DNA of 64,000 bases from Alphaproteobacteria bacterium (GTDB taxonomy: Bacteria > Pseudomonadota > Alphaproteobacteria > SP197), in assembly GCA_965204785.1 (NCBI GenBank), contig OZ242015.1, positions 1,942,538-2,006,537 of the forward strand, written 5' to 3'. Made by a program: the position numbers and the translations under genes. The first letter of the stretch is position 1. The number at the start of each line of letters is the position of its first letter. The notes under the pieces are model-generated. The model was not told the origin of the DNA, searched no databases, and saw only the letters and a list, made by a program, of their open reading frames with translations. This document shows positions 1 to 9,872 of this stretch, in pieces.

Positions 1-645
1 GGTCGGCTGGGTTCGGCAATGGTGCTGGACGACGACGGCACCGTGCTGTTCACCTAGGAGAACGCCGAAATTGGCACCGATCTGCTGGAGGGCCTAACCG
101 GCTACGCGCTTCAGTAGATCGTGGTCGACATCTCGCAGAGAAAACGCACCGAACAGGAACTGGTCGCCGCAAATCTGAAGCTGGAGCACACAAACCAGGC
201 AAAATTCCGCTTCATGTCGAGCATGAGTCACGAACTGCGGACGCAACTCAACGCGATCATCGGTTTTTCGGAAACCATGCAGGCCGAGAGCCCGGATCCT
301 ATCGGCAACGACCGTTACAAGGAATACATCAACGACATCCATTTCAGCGGCAACTACCTGCTGGGGCTGATCAACGAAGTCCTGGATATCGCCAAGATCG
401 AACAGGGCGAGCTGCAGCTGACAGACGACGACGGCGACATCGGCGAAATGACCGCGGCGACCATCCGTCTGATGGATCCCATGGCGCAGAAGGGAGAAGT
501 CAATCTGGAGGAGAACCTGCCTATGCTGCACGCTGAAGAAAGATCGGTGCGTCAGGTTCTTTTCAATCTGCTTTCCAACGTGGTCAAGTTCACCGAACCG
601 GGAGGCACCGTCTCGACGCTCGCCAAGTACTCGGCGCCGAAGTAG
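1..645 (+). pseudogene. PAS-sensor histidine kinase remnant. Single reading frame with in-frame TAG at 55-57 and 115-117; HisKA H-box present; ATPase domain truncated at C-terminus.
   Basis: H-box 'FMSSMSHELRTQLNAIIGFSE' in 121..645 ORF. Same frame upstream reads '...MVLDDDGTVLFT*ENAEIGTDLLEGLTGYALQ*IVVDIS' (PAS-like). Protein stops at 'VKFTEPGGTVSTLAKYSAPK*' before a complete HATPase_c. Confidence 0.5.
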
Positions 646-719
646 TTGTCGATATATTCGTCCGTGCGCCCGAACCCCCTGTAATTGTCCAGAGGTGTGC
701 GGGCGCGGCCCCGGTTGCG

Positions 720-1127
720 TTGCTTGTGGAGGTTCTGGAACGGGTTGTCGAGCCCTGGCACGGTCGCCTGCAAGTGGTGGACGGTGACAGCCTGTATATG
801 ACCGGCCACAAGCCACAGGTGCGGCTTTGGGGCGTTGATGCACCAGAGCGCGGCGCGGCAGGTTATCAGCCTGCTACCGCGTTCCTGCGGTCGATTGCCG
901 AAGGCCAGAAGATCACATATCGTCAGATCGACCGCGACAAATACGGGCGCACGATTGCGCGGTGTTTCCTGCCTGACGGTCGAGAGATTAACCGCATAGG
1001 GGGCAGATATGGAAGAGTTGGCGTTTCAATATGCGACACTGAGCGAAAGCGACCGAGGGTTGGTGCTTTGGGTAATTACGGTGATAGGCGCGATTGTTGC
1101 CGCCTTCACAACCAGGTCAGCGTCTGA
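720..1127 (+). CDS. Thermonuclease (staphylococcal nuclease/SNase-like) family protein; start codon and C-terminus uncertain.
   Basis: 'VVDGDSLYMTGHKPQVRLWGVDAPE...DKYGRTIARCFLPDGREIN' matches the SNase fold signature (V-DGDT...IRL-GIDAPE...D+YGR). Lower-GC context. Confidence 0.5.
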   Translation: MLVEVLERVVEPWHGRLQVVDGDSLYMTGHKPQVRLWGVDAPERGAAGYQPATAFLRSIAEGQKITYRQIDRDKYGRTIARCFLPDGREINRIGGRYGRVGVSICDTERKRPRVGALGNYGDRRDCCRLHNQVSV

Positions 1128-1599
1128 ATTACAGCGTGCGGGTTACTTCGCCTTTTCGGGGATGCTTTTCCTGCTGATGATCTTTGTTTCTGTGGGAACG
1201 ATGACTTTCGCCTTTTCGGGGATGTTTTTTCTGCTGATGACCTTTATTTCTGTGGGAACGATGACTTTGCTGCTTGTTCAGGCGATTGTCGGAGGGTTCT
1301 CCTGGGTAATTGCCGGTCTAGAGATTCTCATCATTTTGGTTTTTGGGTTCTTCTTTGGTCGCGTTGCGATGGCTCGGTCACGCGATGCTTATGGGCATAG
1401 CGGTATGGCGGTTTTAGCGTTCGTGCCTCTGGCAAATCTATGGCTTTTGTTCACTCCATCGAAGAATAAGATTTCCGCAAACAGGGTGCCGACGATCCCG
1501 CTTCTAAGCGGTGGTTTGGGTGTGGTTTCTGGATTAGTGATGCTTATAGCAGGGCAGCTATTTCGGCCTATTATGAGATCGAAGCAGAGCGAGTTATAA
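1009..1599 (+). CDS. Integral membrane protein, possibly DUF805-like, carrying an in-frame 60-bp (20-aa) tandem duplication of one TM segment.
   Basis: Hydrophobic ORF with 'FAFSGMLFLLMIFVSVGTMT' immediately repeated as 'FAFSGMFFLLMTFISVGTMT'. Distal 'RVAMARSRDAYGHSGMAVLAFVPLANLWLLF' resembles the DUF805 C-terminal motif. AT-richer island. Confidence 0.4.
   Translation: MEELAFQYATLSESDRGLVLWVITVIGAIVAAFTTRSASELQRAGYFAFSGMLFLLMIFVSVGTMTFAFSGMFFLLMTFISVGTMTLLLVQAIVGGFSWVIAGLEILIILVFGFFFGRVAMARSRDAYGHSGMAVLAFVPLANLWLLFTPSKNKISANRVPTIPLLSGGLGVVSGLVMLIAGQLFRPIMRSKQSEL
1147..1266. repeat. Two tandem 60-bp units (56/60 identical) inside the membrane-protein ORF; in-frame.
   Basis: Direct reading of 1147-1206 against 1207-1266. 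Confidence 0.8.
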
Positions 1600-1691
1600 T
1601 AGAGTATTATGTTGAAGTAGAGCGAGCTATAGAGAAAGCCGTTGCAGAGGGCCGCTTCAACGAATGGTTTCTTGATCAGACATTGGAGCAA

Positions 1692-1970
1692 ATGGCCGCA
1701 GAACTCGCGACTCCCATGACTGTAGATGAAGTGACCACTTTGGTTCGCATGGAAACTGACGAACACACTTTACGGTACGTCTATGAGCTTTCTTCCAATC
1801 CTGATGGACTAAGCATTTCAATGCGCACGGGGCTGGTCAAGCAAAACTGCACCCATGAAGCTTTGAAGCCCGTAATCGAGGCGGGAGCAACAATCGAACA
1901 TCTTTATTTACGGAGCGATGGAACCGAGGTTGGCACGGTTACAGTCAAGCGTGAGATTTGCGGGTATTGA
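1692..1970 (+). CDS. Hypothetical small protein (~92 aa) in the AT-richer island.
   Basis: ORF with GGAG 4 nt upstream of ATG at 1692 (track starts it at TTG 1683). No recognisable motif. Confidence 0.3.
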   Translation: MAAELATPMTVDEVTTLVRMETDEHTLRYVYELSSNPDGLSISMRTGLVKQNCTHEALKPVIEAGATIEHLYLRSDGTEVGTVTVKREICGY

Positions 1971-2135
1971 CGGGTGAATGAAAAACCAGCTCAAACCCTT
2001 GCAAAACGGGGGTGAAACAATCCAAAAACCGCAACCCACCCCTTTCAGCCCATTTCCCAAGCTCAAATTCCAACACCCGCCACAAGCGCCGTCTTCGGAC
2101 CTTTCCACCGGGGACGAGGTGCAGGGGTTGAGTGA

Positions 2136-3269
2136 CTATCCGTCGAGCGCGTCGTGAACCATCTTGTGGAAGAAATGGATGACGTGTTCGCCTTCGCCAC
2201 TGCGCTCGGGATCGACCATGATGCGTCCCTGGTCGTACCCCTTGGAGTGCAGCCCGCGCTGGACGGACTCACAGAGGGCCATGTCCTCCTTGCCCAGGAT
2301 GTTCTCAATATAGTTGCGCCGTTCCGGTGAATCGGTAGCGCCGGCCGGCGCGAAGCGATGGTTGCGGAACGCCGTGCGCGCCGGGCCGTCGGGGATCACC
2401 TTTGTCACCATCAGGTCACCGTTGCCGGGCAGGACGTTGATCGTGGTCGTGGGCCAGAGATACCAGAACATCGAACGCGGCATGACCGCGTCTTCGGCGA
2501 ACTCGTAGGCGCTGTTCCGCGACCGGGTCTTCGGTCCAAGCTGGCAGGCCGTGATGCCGTCGATCGTGTGTTCGTAGGCGCCCAGTTCGATGAGGTCGGC
2601 AAAGGCCGGATGCGCGCCGGCGCAGTGGTAACACTCGACATAATTGTCGACCACGACTTTCCAGCCCGCTTCGATGGGCCGCCCGCCGAAGTCATAGACG
2701 TCGGTGAGTTCGAGATCGTCCCAGTACGGGACCCTGGAGCGCATATCGGCTTCCAGATTGGGCGCCTGGTCGGCCAGCGGCGTTGCGTCGTCGTCCAGAT
2801 TGACAAACACCAGACCGGCCAGCACCTCGACCCGGATGGGGTTCAAGGCGAAGTCGGCCTTGTCGAATCCCTTGATTTTCTCGCAGTTGCGCGCCGCGCG
2901 CAGTTCGCCGTCCAGACCATAGGCCCAGGCGTGATAGGGGCAGGTGACGGTCGCTTTGAGCGTGCCCGAGCCCTGCACCAGTTCGTGGGCGCGGTGCTGG
3001 CAGACATTGTGGAAACCGCGCAATTCGCCCTTGCGATCGCGCACGACGAACACCGGCTGACCCGCCACGTCGCCGGCGACATAGGCGCCCGGTTCGACGA
3101 GCTGGCTGACATGACAATGGAAGGTCCACGACCTGGCGAAGATTTTCTCCTTTTCCAGCTCAAAGAACGCAGGATCGGTGTAGTAGCGCGAGGGTAGCGT
3201 GTAGGAGCGCTCGGGATCGCTGCCGAGCGGTTTGGGAAACGCAACGTTCAGAACATTGCTGCTGGCCAT
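2136..3269 (-). CDS. Rieske [2Fe-2S] non-heme-iron oxygenase alpha subunit (GbcA/CntA/stachydrine-demethylase-like).
   Basis: Rieske motif 'CQHRAHEL...CPYHAWAY'. N-terminus 'MASSNVLNVAFPKPLG...YYTDPAFFELEKEKIF' is typical of quaternary-amine Rieske oxygenases. Start set at the internal ATG (3269). Confidence 0.8.
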   Translation of the reverse strand: MASSNVLNVAFPKPLGSDPERSYTLPSRYYTDPAFFELEKEKIFARSWTFHCHVSQLVEPGAYVAGDVAGQPVFVVRDRKGELRGFHNVCQHRAHELVQGSGTLKATVTCPYHAWAYGLDGELRAARNCEKIKGFDKADFALNPIRVEVLAGLVFVNLDDDATPLADQAPNLEADMRSRVPYWDDLELTDVYDFGGRPIEAGWKVVVDNYVECYHCAGAHPAFADLIELGAYEHTIDGITACQLGPKTRSRNSAYEFAEDAVMPRSMFWYLWPTTTINVLPGNGDLMVTKVIPDGPARTAFRNHRFAPAGATDSPERRNYIENILGKEDMALCESVQRGLHSKGYDQGRIMVDPERSGEGEHVIHFFHKMVHDALDG

Positions 3270-3913
3270 GACGAAAAACTCCGGCTTTGGCGTGTTGTTG
3301 AACCATCGTACAACTTCCGTACAAAGCCGCCAAGCTGAGCGCATTCGACGTCACATGAGATCTATTGTGCGCGTTTGGCAGAAATCCTCAAACGCACGTA
3401 ATCGGCGCTCCAGTTTCCCGAGCTGCCGCACAGGCTGCGATGCAGCAGGTCGAGCGCCTCGTCATGGGCGGCCCCCTGGCGTTCATCCGCCGGAAAGGCG
3501 TCGAAGAACAGCCCGGCAAACGTCTGGATGCAGCCCGACATGCTCGTGGGCAGCGGCATCGGACGGGGGATGAGCCCGATGCCCGTCACCTCGAAGCCGC
3601 CCTTTCCAGGCGTGCACGATAGGCCTCCGGCGTGGGATGGAACCACGGGTTGACAGCGGTCACATCCACACCGTACCGGCCCGGCACCGCGTCGAACCCG
3701 GTATCGAACGCGAGCGCGGTGGCATCCATGACATAGGCATCAAAACCGTGCGCGGATGAAGCAGCGCCAGAACGGGACGCCCCGGAACCGGGACGAATCC
3801 GGCGTGATCCCGATAACCCCTGGCGTTCCAGGAATGTTGCTCTGCCACGGCGGTCGCTCTCTCGGCAGGAGGCGGGTATTATCCGTGGCTGGGACCGACA
3901 AGAAGGAAACGTC

Positions 3914-5524
3914 ATGCCCAAGGGAATGATCACAGGTCCCCAGCCGGATGCCGTCGAAGCCGGGGCGGAGGTGTTGCGGGCGGGCGGCAATGCGGTCGAT
4001 GCGGCACTGGCCTGCGCCTTCGTCCAGACCGTGGTCGATCCCATGATGTGCGGCATCGCCGGTTTCGGCGCCATGCATGTGCTGCTGCCGGACAAAGGCG
4101 TCCACGAGATCATCGACTTTCATGGCTGCGTGCCCGCCGCCGCTACGCCCGACATGTGGAAAGACCTGATCCTGGGCGAAACCGAGGACGGCTTCGGCTT
4201 CATCCTGAAGGGTGCGGTCAACGATCTGGGCTATCAGGCGATCACGACGCCGGGAACCCTGAAGGCCTTCGCCCAGGCCAGCGAGCGCTACGGCAGCATG
4301 CCGTGGGGCGATCTTCTGGAACGGGCCATTCACTATGCACGCGATGGATATGTGCTGACGCCCGGGGTGCACGGCTACTGGACCGCACCGGATTCGCCGG
4401 GCCGGGTGCGCGTGCTGGACCGCCTGGGCTATTCCGCCGAGGGGCGCGCCGTCTACTTCAATGAAGACGGCAGCGTGCGCCAGATAGGCGAGACGATCCG
4501 CAATCCCGGCATGGCCTCATCGCTGGAACAGATCGCGGGAGAAGGACCGGACGTCTTCTATGCCGGCGCGATCGCCGAGAAGATCGATGCCGACATGAAG
4601 GCAGGCGGCGGCCTGCTCTCGGCCCGCGATCTCGCCCACTACGAAACCCGGACCGATGCGCCGCTGTGGGGCAGCTATCGCGGCCTGACGTTCTCGACCA
4701 ACCGGCCGCCCGGCGGCGGGATCATGCTGATCGAGATGCTGAACATCCTGGAGAACTTCGATCTGGCGGCCATGGGGCACAACACGTCCGACTACATCCG
4801 CACGGTTTCCGAAGCCATGAAGATCGCCACCGCCGACAAGGACGCGCATGTCGGCGATCCCCGTTTTGTCGACGTGCCGCTCGACCGGCTGATGGACAAG
4901 GCCTATGCCGTCGGCCACGCCGAGGCGATCGCACGCGGCGAGAAGGCCCATGTCAAGCGCCTGGGCGGGATCGAATCACCCGGGACCACCCATGTCGTCA
5001 CCGCCGACAGTCAGGGCAACATCGTCACCATGACCCACACGCTGGGCATGATGTCGGGTGTCATCACCGATGGGCTCGGCTTCATGTACAACGGCGCGAT
5101 GGCGGTCTTCGATCCCCGTCCGGGCAGGGCGGGCTCGCTGGCGCCGGGCAAATCGCGCTTCAGTTCGCTCTGCCCCACCATCGTCTTCGACGGCGAACGA
5201 CCCATCCTGGCGCTCGGCGCTCCCGGCGGCACCCAGATCGCGATGGGCGTGCTGCAGGTCATGATGAATGTCATCGATTTCGGCATGACGCCCCAGGAAG
5301 CCATCCTGGCGCCGCGTTTCTCTGCGACCAGCGATGCCATAACGGTCACCGCCCGCATCCCGCGCTATCTCTGCGCCGAGCTGGAAGAGAAGGGTTATAC
5401 CGTCCAGCGCAGCATCTACAGCTATGCCATCGCCTCGGTTCACGCGATCGGCTTCGACGCGGCAGGCAATCCCAGCGGCGGCGCCGACATTCCCTATGGC
5501 GACGGCATGGCGTTGGCCGTCTAG
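3914..5524 (+). CDS. ggt: Gamma-glutamyltranspeptidase.
   Basis: GGT family conservation throughout; catalytic Thr segment 'SPGTTHVVTADSQGNIVTMTHTLG'. Confidence 0.9.
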   Translation: MPKGMITGPQPDAVEAGAEVLRAGGNAVDAALACAFVQTVVDPMMCGIAGFGAMHVLLPDKGVHEIIDFHGCVPAAATPDMWKDLILGETEDGFGFILKGAVNDLGYQAITTPGTLKAFAQASERYGSMPWGDLLERAIHYARDGYVLTPGVHGYWTAPDSPGRVRVLDRLGYSAEGRAVYFNEDGSVRQIGETIRNPGMASSLEQIAGEGPDVFYAGAIAEKIDADMKAGGGLLSARDLAHYETRTDAPLWGSYRGLTFSTNRPPGGGIMLIEMLNILENFDLAAMGHNTSDYIRTVSEAMKIATADKDAHVGDPRFVDVPLDRLMDKAYAVGHAEAIARGEKAHVKRLGGIESPGTTHVVTADSQGNIVTMTHTLGMMSGVITDGLGFMYNGAMAVFDPRPGRAGSLAPGKSRFSSLCPTIVFDGERPILALGAPGGTQIAMGVLQVMMNVIDFGMTPQEAILAPRFSATSDAITVTARIPRYLCAELEEKGYTVQRSIYSYAIASVHAIGFDAAGNPSGGADIPYGDGMALAV

Positions 5525-5841
5525 AGCATCGTCACCGCGACAGGCGGATGTGGCCGGCTCCCCGCACGATCGCGCACAGCAGATCGAGGGCAACATCCAG
5601 CACCGTCGATCCGACGTTGAACCGCAGGCCCGAGTTGGCGGCGTCCCCGAACGCCACGGCATGGTCGGCACGAAATTCGGGTCCCCAATCAGAATCAGCG
5701 GACGCGGTTTGGGTACGCTCATCCAGTGCGACCGGATTCAGACCGACCCTGGCAACAGCCGGACCCGGCTTCTCGTCGTGTTGCCGGTTCTCCGTCATGC
5801 CGTCAAAGATGAGACGCATGACCTGGTCAAGAAATTCCCAG

Positions 5842-5879
5842 CCCTTCACTACTTCATGGCGGCCGCCGTGAAGTAGTGA
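5842..5879. promoter_or_regulatory. 38-bp near-perfect palindrome (13-bp arms CTTCACTACTTCA/TGAAGTAGTGAAG around palindromic GGCGGCCGCC) between ggt and the acyl-CoA dehydrogenase gene. Terminator-like hairpin or operator.
   Basis: Read directly; no U-tract follows. Confidence 0.4.
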
Positions 5880-6146
5880 AGGCGCATCGCCCTGCTCTGA
5901 TCCGGTGAGGCGCGATAGATCGAACCGGCCAGAAAGTCTGTGGGATACGGGCAGGGTGGACCGCAGGGCAGACCGGGAAAAGCCGCGGTGCGCACGGAAT
6001 CGATCTCGAAGCAGCACTGTTCATCGATCAGAAGACATCAACGGTTTTCACGCAGGCAACCCTGCGGGTATGTCGAAACCTCATTTCCCGGCCTGAGGGG
6101 CGACAGGGCCGGGCCAGCGCGGCTATGGTCGGCTCGGGAGGACGGT

Positions 6147-7322
6147 ATGACCCAGGCGCGCGCCGCAGGCGAACCCGACGATCACCGCGACATCCGCGAC
6201 GCCGTGCGGCGTCTTTGCGAAAGGTATGACGGCGCGTACTGGCGCGGGAAGGATGCAGAAGACGCCTATCCCGCCGAGTTCGTCTCTGCCCTGACCGAAG
6301 CCGGGCTGCTGGCAGCACTCATCCCCGAGGAATTCGGCGGCAGCGGCCTACCGCTTTCGGCCGGCTGCGCGATCCTGGAGGAAATCCAGCGGTCGGGCGG
6401 CAACGGCGGGGCCTGTCATGCCCAGATGTACACCATGGGTACGGTGCTGCGGCACGGCTCGGACGCGCAGAAACAGATCTATCTGCCCGCCATTGCGTCG
6501 GGCGAACTGCGCCTCCAGGCCTTCGGCGTTACCGAACCGACCAGCGGCACCGACACCACCGCACTGCGCACCACCGCGCGCCGCGACGGTGAGCGTTACA
6601 TCGTCAACGGACAGAAGGTCTGGACGTCGCGGGCCGAGCATTCCGATCTGATGCTCCTGCTGGCACGCACGACGCCAAACGAAGAGACCGTGAAAAAAAC
6701 CGACGGTCTTTCGGTCTTCCTGATCGACATGCGTGAGGTCCTGGGCAAGGGCCTCATTATCCGGCCGCTGCCCGCCATGCTGAACCACGCCACGACCGAA
6801 GTTTTCTTCGACGCCATGGTCATCCCCGCGTCCAGCCTGATCGGCGAGGAGGGCAAGGGCTTCCGCTACATCCTTTCGGGTATGAACGCCGAGCGCATCC
6901 TGATTGCGTCCGAATGCATCGGGGATGCCCGGTTCTTCATCGACCGCGCCACGGCCTATGCGGGCGAACGCCAGGTCTTCGGCCGGGCCATCGGGCAAAA
7001 CCAGGGCATTCAGTTTCCCATTGCCCAGGCTTATGCCCATACCGAGGCCGCGGCCCTGATGGTCGCCGATGCGGCACGGCGCTATGAGGCTGGTGAACAG
7101 CCCGGCGCGCAAGCCAACATGGCCAAGATGCTGGCCGCCGACGCCTCCTGGGAGGCGGCCGAAATGTGCCTCCAAACCCATGGCGGCTTCGGTTTCGCGC
7201 GCGAATACGACATCGAACGCAAGTGGCGCGAGGCACGTCTCTACCGCACCGCGCCGATCTCGACCAACCTGATCCTGGCCTACCTTGCCGAGCACGTGCT
7301 CGGCCTGCCGCGGTCCTACTGA
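6147..7322 (+). CDS. Acyl-CoA dehydrogenase.
   Basis: ACAD N-terminal, middle and C-terminal domain conservation ('GVTEPTSGTDTTALRTTARRDGERYIVNGQKVWTS', 'ARLYRTAPISTNLILAYLAEHVLG'). Confidence 0.85.
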   Translation: MTQARAAGEPDDHRDIRDAVRRLCERYDGAYWRGKDAEDAYPAEFVSALTEAGLLAALIPEEFGGSGLPLSAGCAILEEIQRSGGNGGACHAQMYTMGTVLRHGSDAQKQIYLPAIASGELRLQAFGVTEPTSGTDTTALRTTARRDGERYIVNGQKVWTSRAEHSDLMLLLARTTPNEETVKKTDGLSVFLIDMREVLGKGLIIRPLPAMLNHATTEVFFDAMVIPASSLIGEEGKGFRYILSGMNAERILIASECIGDARFFIDRATAYAGERQVFGRAIGQNQGIQFPIAQAYAHTEAAALMVADAARRYEAGEQPGAQANMAKMLAADASWEAAEMCLQTHGGFGFAREYDIERKWREARLYRTAPISTNLILAYLAEHVLGLPRSY

Positions 7323-8180
7323 TGACACTGCCGCTGGGGGGCTTCCGGTGGTCGCTATCGAGCAGGCCGTCGTGGGCCGGTCTGCACCTGCAGATCGACC
7401 GACACGGGCATGCGCGTGATCAGGATCGAGTGCGCAGAAGGCGACTTCGCGCGGAGCTGCGACAGCGTCGTGGAGGGCGAGAGCGCCTGTTTCGTCTGGC
7501 TCAACCGTGGCAAGGAGTCCGTGACGCTGGATCTGAAGTCGCCGACCGACCGCGATCTGGTGCCAGCCGTGATGAAGCGCTCCGACGTGCTGGTCGAAAA
7601 CCTGAAACCGGGATCGCTGAAACCGCGGGGGTCGCATGGGCCAACTAACAACGGCGTCGACGGCTTGTCCGGCCATGCCGATCTCAGGCAGATGGCCGTG
7701 GGAACGCTCCACGGCTCCGCGAGACTTTTCCACACCGGCCGCACGCCACGACGGCGCACACCGGCCCGGCCGCGGCGCAATCGGAGGCGCTGGCCTGGCT
7801 GTTCCTTGCAGTGTGCCGCCGGAGCCACCGTTTCGGACGGCATCCTGACCCTGGAAGGGGTGAACCCGGTAACCCTGGCCTTCACGAACCGCCCGCAGCG
7901 GATGGTCACGCACGTCGATACGCAGGCCTTTGCCGAGACGGTCTGGAGCGAAGGCGAGAACAGTTTCGCCGCCGGTCCTCCCAACGCGGTGATCGTTTAC
8001 CGCGAGGACTGCGAAACGAAATCGGCAGTGGTGGGACCTGCCGAACTGAGGATGGCCCAAGGCGGCATCCTGACCTGTGCGGTCAGCGTGTTCGACGGCG
8101 TTCTTCCTCCTGCCATGAAGCAGCCCGGGATCATCATCGGCAACACCGGGGGGCGATGGTGGAGGCGGCGCGGCGGGTGA
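7322..8180 (+). pseudogene. CoA-transferase family III (CaiB/BaiF-like) gene. ATG overlaps the ACAD stop; frameshift near 7400-7410 at a GGG run; distal part unrecognisable.
   Basis: Frame A 'MTLPLGGFRWSLSSRPSWAGLHLQIDRHG' resembles 'GIRVLDLSRVLAGP..LLADLGAEVIKIE'. It continues in frame B 'RVIRIECAEGD...ESACFVWLNRGKESVTLDLKSPTDRDLVPAVMKRSDVLVENLKPGSLKPRG', the family III N-terminal signature. Confidence 0.5.
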
Positions 8181-8222
8181 CCGGCGCTTTCTCACGACGG
8201 CCGGGACGCAGGTCCTCCATCG

Positions 8223-8825
8223 TCAGCCGACAGTCCAGTGGCCGAGCACCTCGTCAGTCGTGCCAATCTCGATCTGGTCTTCGAAGCATCGGTAGATATG
8301 GGCGAGCGTCGCCTCGTGCGAGGCCGGGTTCGAGCCGTGGCAGGCATCGCTCACCACGATCACGCGGTAGCCCCGGTCCATGGCGGTCATGACCGTGCCC
8401 AGCACGCAGACATTGGTCTCCACGCCCGTGCAGATCACCGTGGAGCAGTCGAGTTCGTCAATGATGGCGCGGAACCCGGGGCTTTCGAACGCCGAATAGG
8501 TCGGTTTGCTGGCGACACGCGCGGGCGGTACGAAGCCCTTCAGCTCATCCATGAGCTCGATCACGGCGGGATCCATCACGGCCGTCGTCACGCTCTGCCA
8601 GCGCCGGTAGTAGACCTTCCAGTGACCCAGCGCATCCTCCGCATGCTCCGGCGTCGTGAACTGGGTGAACACCGTGCGCGCGGGCGCATGTTCGGTCAGG
8701 CGCAGGATGTTGGGCAGGATTTCAGGAATGGACGGCGTGTGCCAGTCGGTCCTGTCGGCAAACAGTCGCTGCATATCGACGCAGACATGGACGGCATCGG
8801 GGCCGATGGGCTGGATTTCCTGCAT
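8223..8825 (-). CDS. Isochorismatase-family cysteine hydrolase (amidase-type).
   Basis: 'CTGVETNVCVLGTVMTAMDRGYRVIVVSDACHG' is the catalytic-Cys region of isochorismatase-like hydrolases. Confidence 0.8.
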   Translation of the reverse strand: MQEIQPIGPDAVHVCVDMQRLFADRTDWHTPSIPEILPNILRLTEHAPARTVFTQFTTPEHAEDALGHWKVYYRRWQSVTTAVMDPAVIELMDELKGFVPPARVASKPTYSAFESPGFRAIIDELDCSTVICTGVETNVCVLGTVMTAMDRGYRVIVVSDACHGSNPASHEATLAHIYRCFEDQIEIGTTDEVLGHWTVG

Positions 8826-9872
8826 TCAGCCCTCCATCACGACCGTGTGTTCGGGCAACCAGGTGATCGCAACTGCCTCACCTGCATCGAACATACGGTC
8901 ACCCGCGTTCTGCTGGAACGTGCGCATGGGCCCCGCGGCGGTCTCGACGATGTAGGTGACGCTGGTGCCCGAGAACACGCGCTGGGTCACCGTGCCCTCG
9001 ACGCGGTTGCCGTCTGAAATGTCGTCCTTTGCCGCCAGGCGCATCTTTTCAGGTCGCACCGCCAGCGTCGCGCGCGCGCCCGCCAGCGGTGATGTCGTCT
9101 TCAGGGCGCCCAGGCGCTCGACCGTGACGCGGTCGCCCTCGACCGTGCCTTCCATGAAGTTGGCATCGCCCAGGAAACCGGCGGCAAAGCGCGTTCGCGG
9201 ATGTTCGTAAACCTCACCCGGCGCACCGATCTGGATCAGCCTGCCCTCGTCGATGATCGCGATCTGGTCGGACAGCGTGAGCGCCTCTTCCTGATCATGC
9301 GTGACGAAGATCGCCGTGATTCCCACCGTACGCTGGATCTGTTTGAGCTCGATCTGCATCTCCTGGCGCAGACGCTTGTCGAGTGCACCCAGCGGCTCGT
9401 CGAGCAGCAGCACCCTGGGCTCGGTGACGAGCGCCCGGGCGAGCGCCACGCGCTGCTGCTGGCCGCCCGAAAGCTGCCTGGGCTTGCGCCGGTCCAGCCC
9501 CGAAAGACGTACGAGGTCGAGCAGTTCGCCGACTTTTTTGCGCGCGTCCGACTTCGAGACCCCGCGCACCGAAAGACCGAACGCAATGTTGTCGAACACG
9601 GTCATGTGCGGAAAAAGCGCATAGTTCTGGAAGACCATGCCGATATCGCGCTTGTGCGCGGGAATGTGGGCGACATCGACGCCGTCGATCAGGATCTCGC
9701 CCTCCTCGGGCTCGACGAACCCGGCGATGGAACGCAGCAAGGTCGTCTTGCCGCTGCCGCTGGGGCCCAGCAGGGCGAAAAACGAACCGTCGGGGAAATC
9801 GAGCGAGACGTTATCGAGCGCCTTGAGGTCGCCGTACCGCTTGGTGACGTTGCGTGCGGAGACTTCGCTCAT
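8826..9872 (-). CDS. ABC transporter ATP-binding protein (PotA/PotG-like, polyamine/opine type).
   Basis: Walker A 'GPSGSGKTT', signature 'LSGGQQQRVALARAL', Walker B 'LLLDEP'; C-terminal TOBE-like domain. Confidence 0.85.
   Translation of the reverse strand: MSEVSARNVTKRYGDLKALDNVSLDFPDGSFFALLGPSGSGKTTLLRSIAGFVEPEEGEILIDGVDVAHIPAHKRDIGMVFQNYALFPHMTVFDNIAFGLSVRGVSKSDARKKVGELLDLVRLSGLDRRKPRQLSGGQQQRVALARALVTEPRVLLLDEPLGALDKRLRQEMQIELKQIQRTVGITAIFVTHDQEEALTLSDQIAIIDEGRLIQIGAPGEVYEHPRTRFAAGFLGDANFMEGTVEGDRVTVERLGALKTTSPLAGARATLAVRPEKMRLAAKDDISDGNRVEGTVTQRVFSGTSVTYIVETAAGPMRTFQQNAGDRMFDAGEAVAITWLPEHTVVMEG

Noticed and set aside
3362-4113. Possible DJ-1/PfpI–AraC (GlxA-like) regulator remnant on the minus strand between the Rieske and ggt genes
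   Set aside because: Resemblance ('CIQTFAGLFFDAF', 'ALDLLHRSL') is weak, is split over two frames, and overlaps the start of ggt. Insufficient to call.
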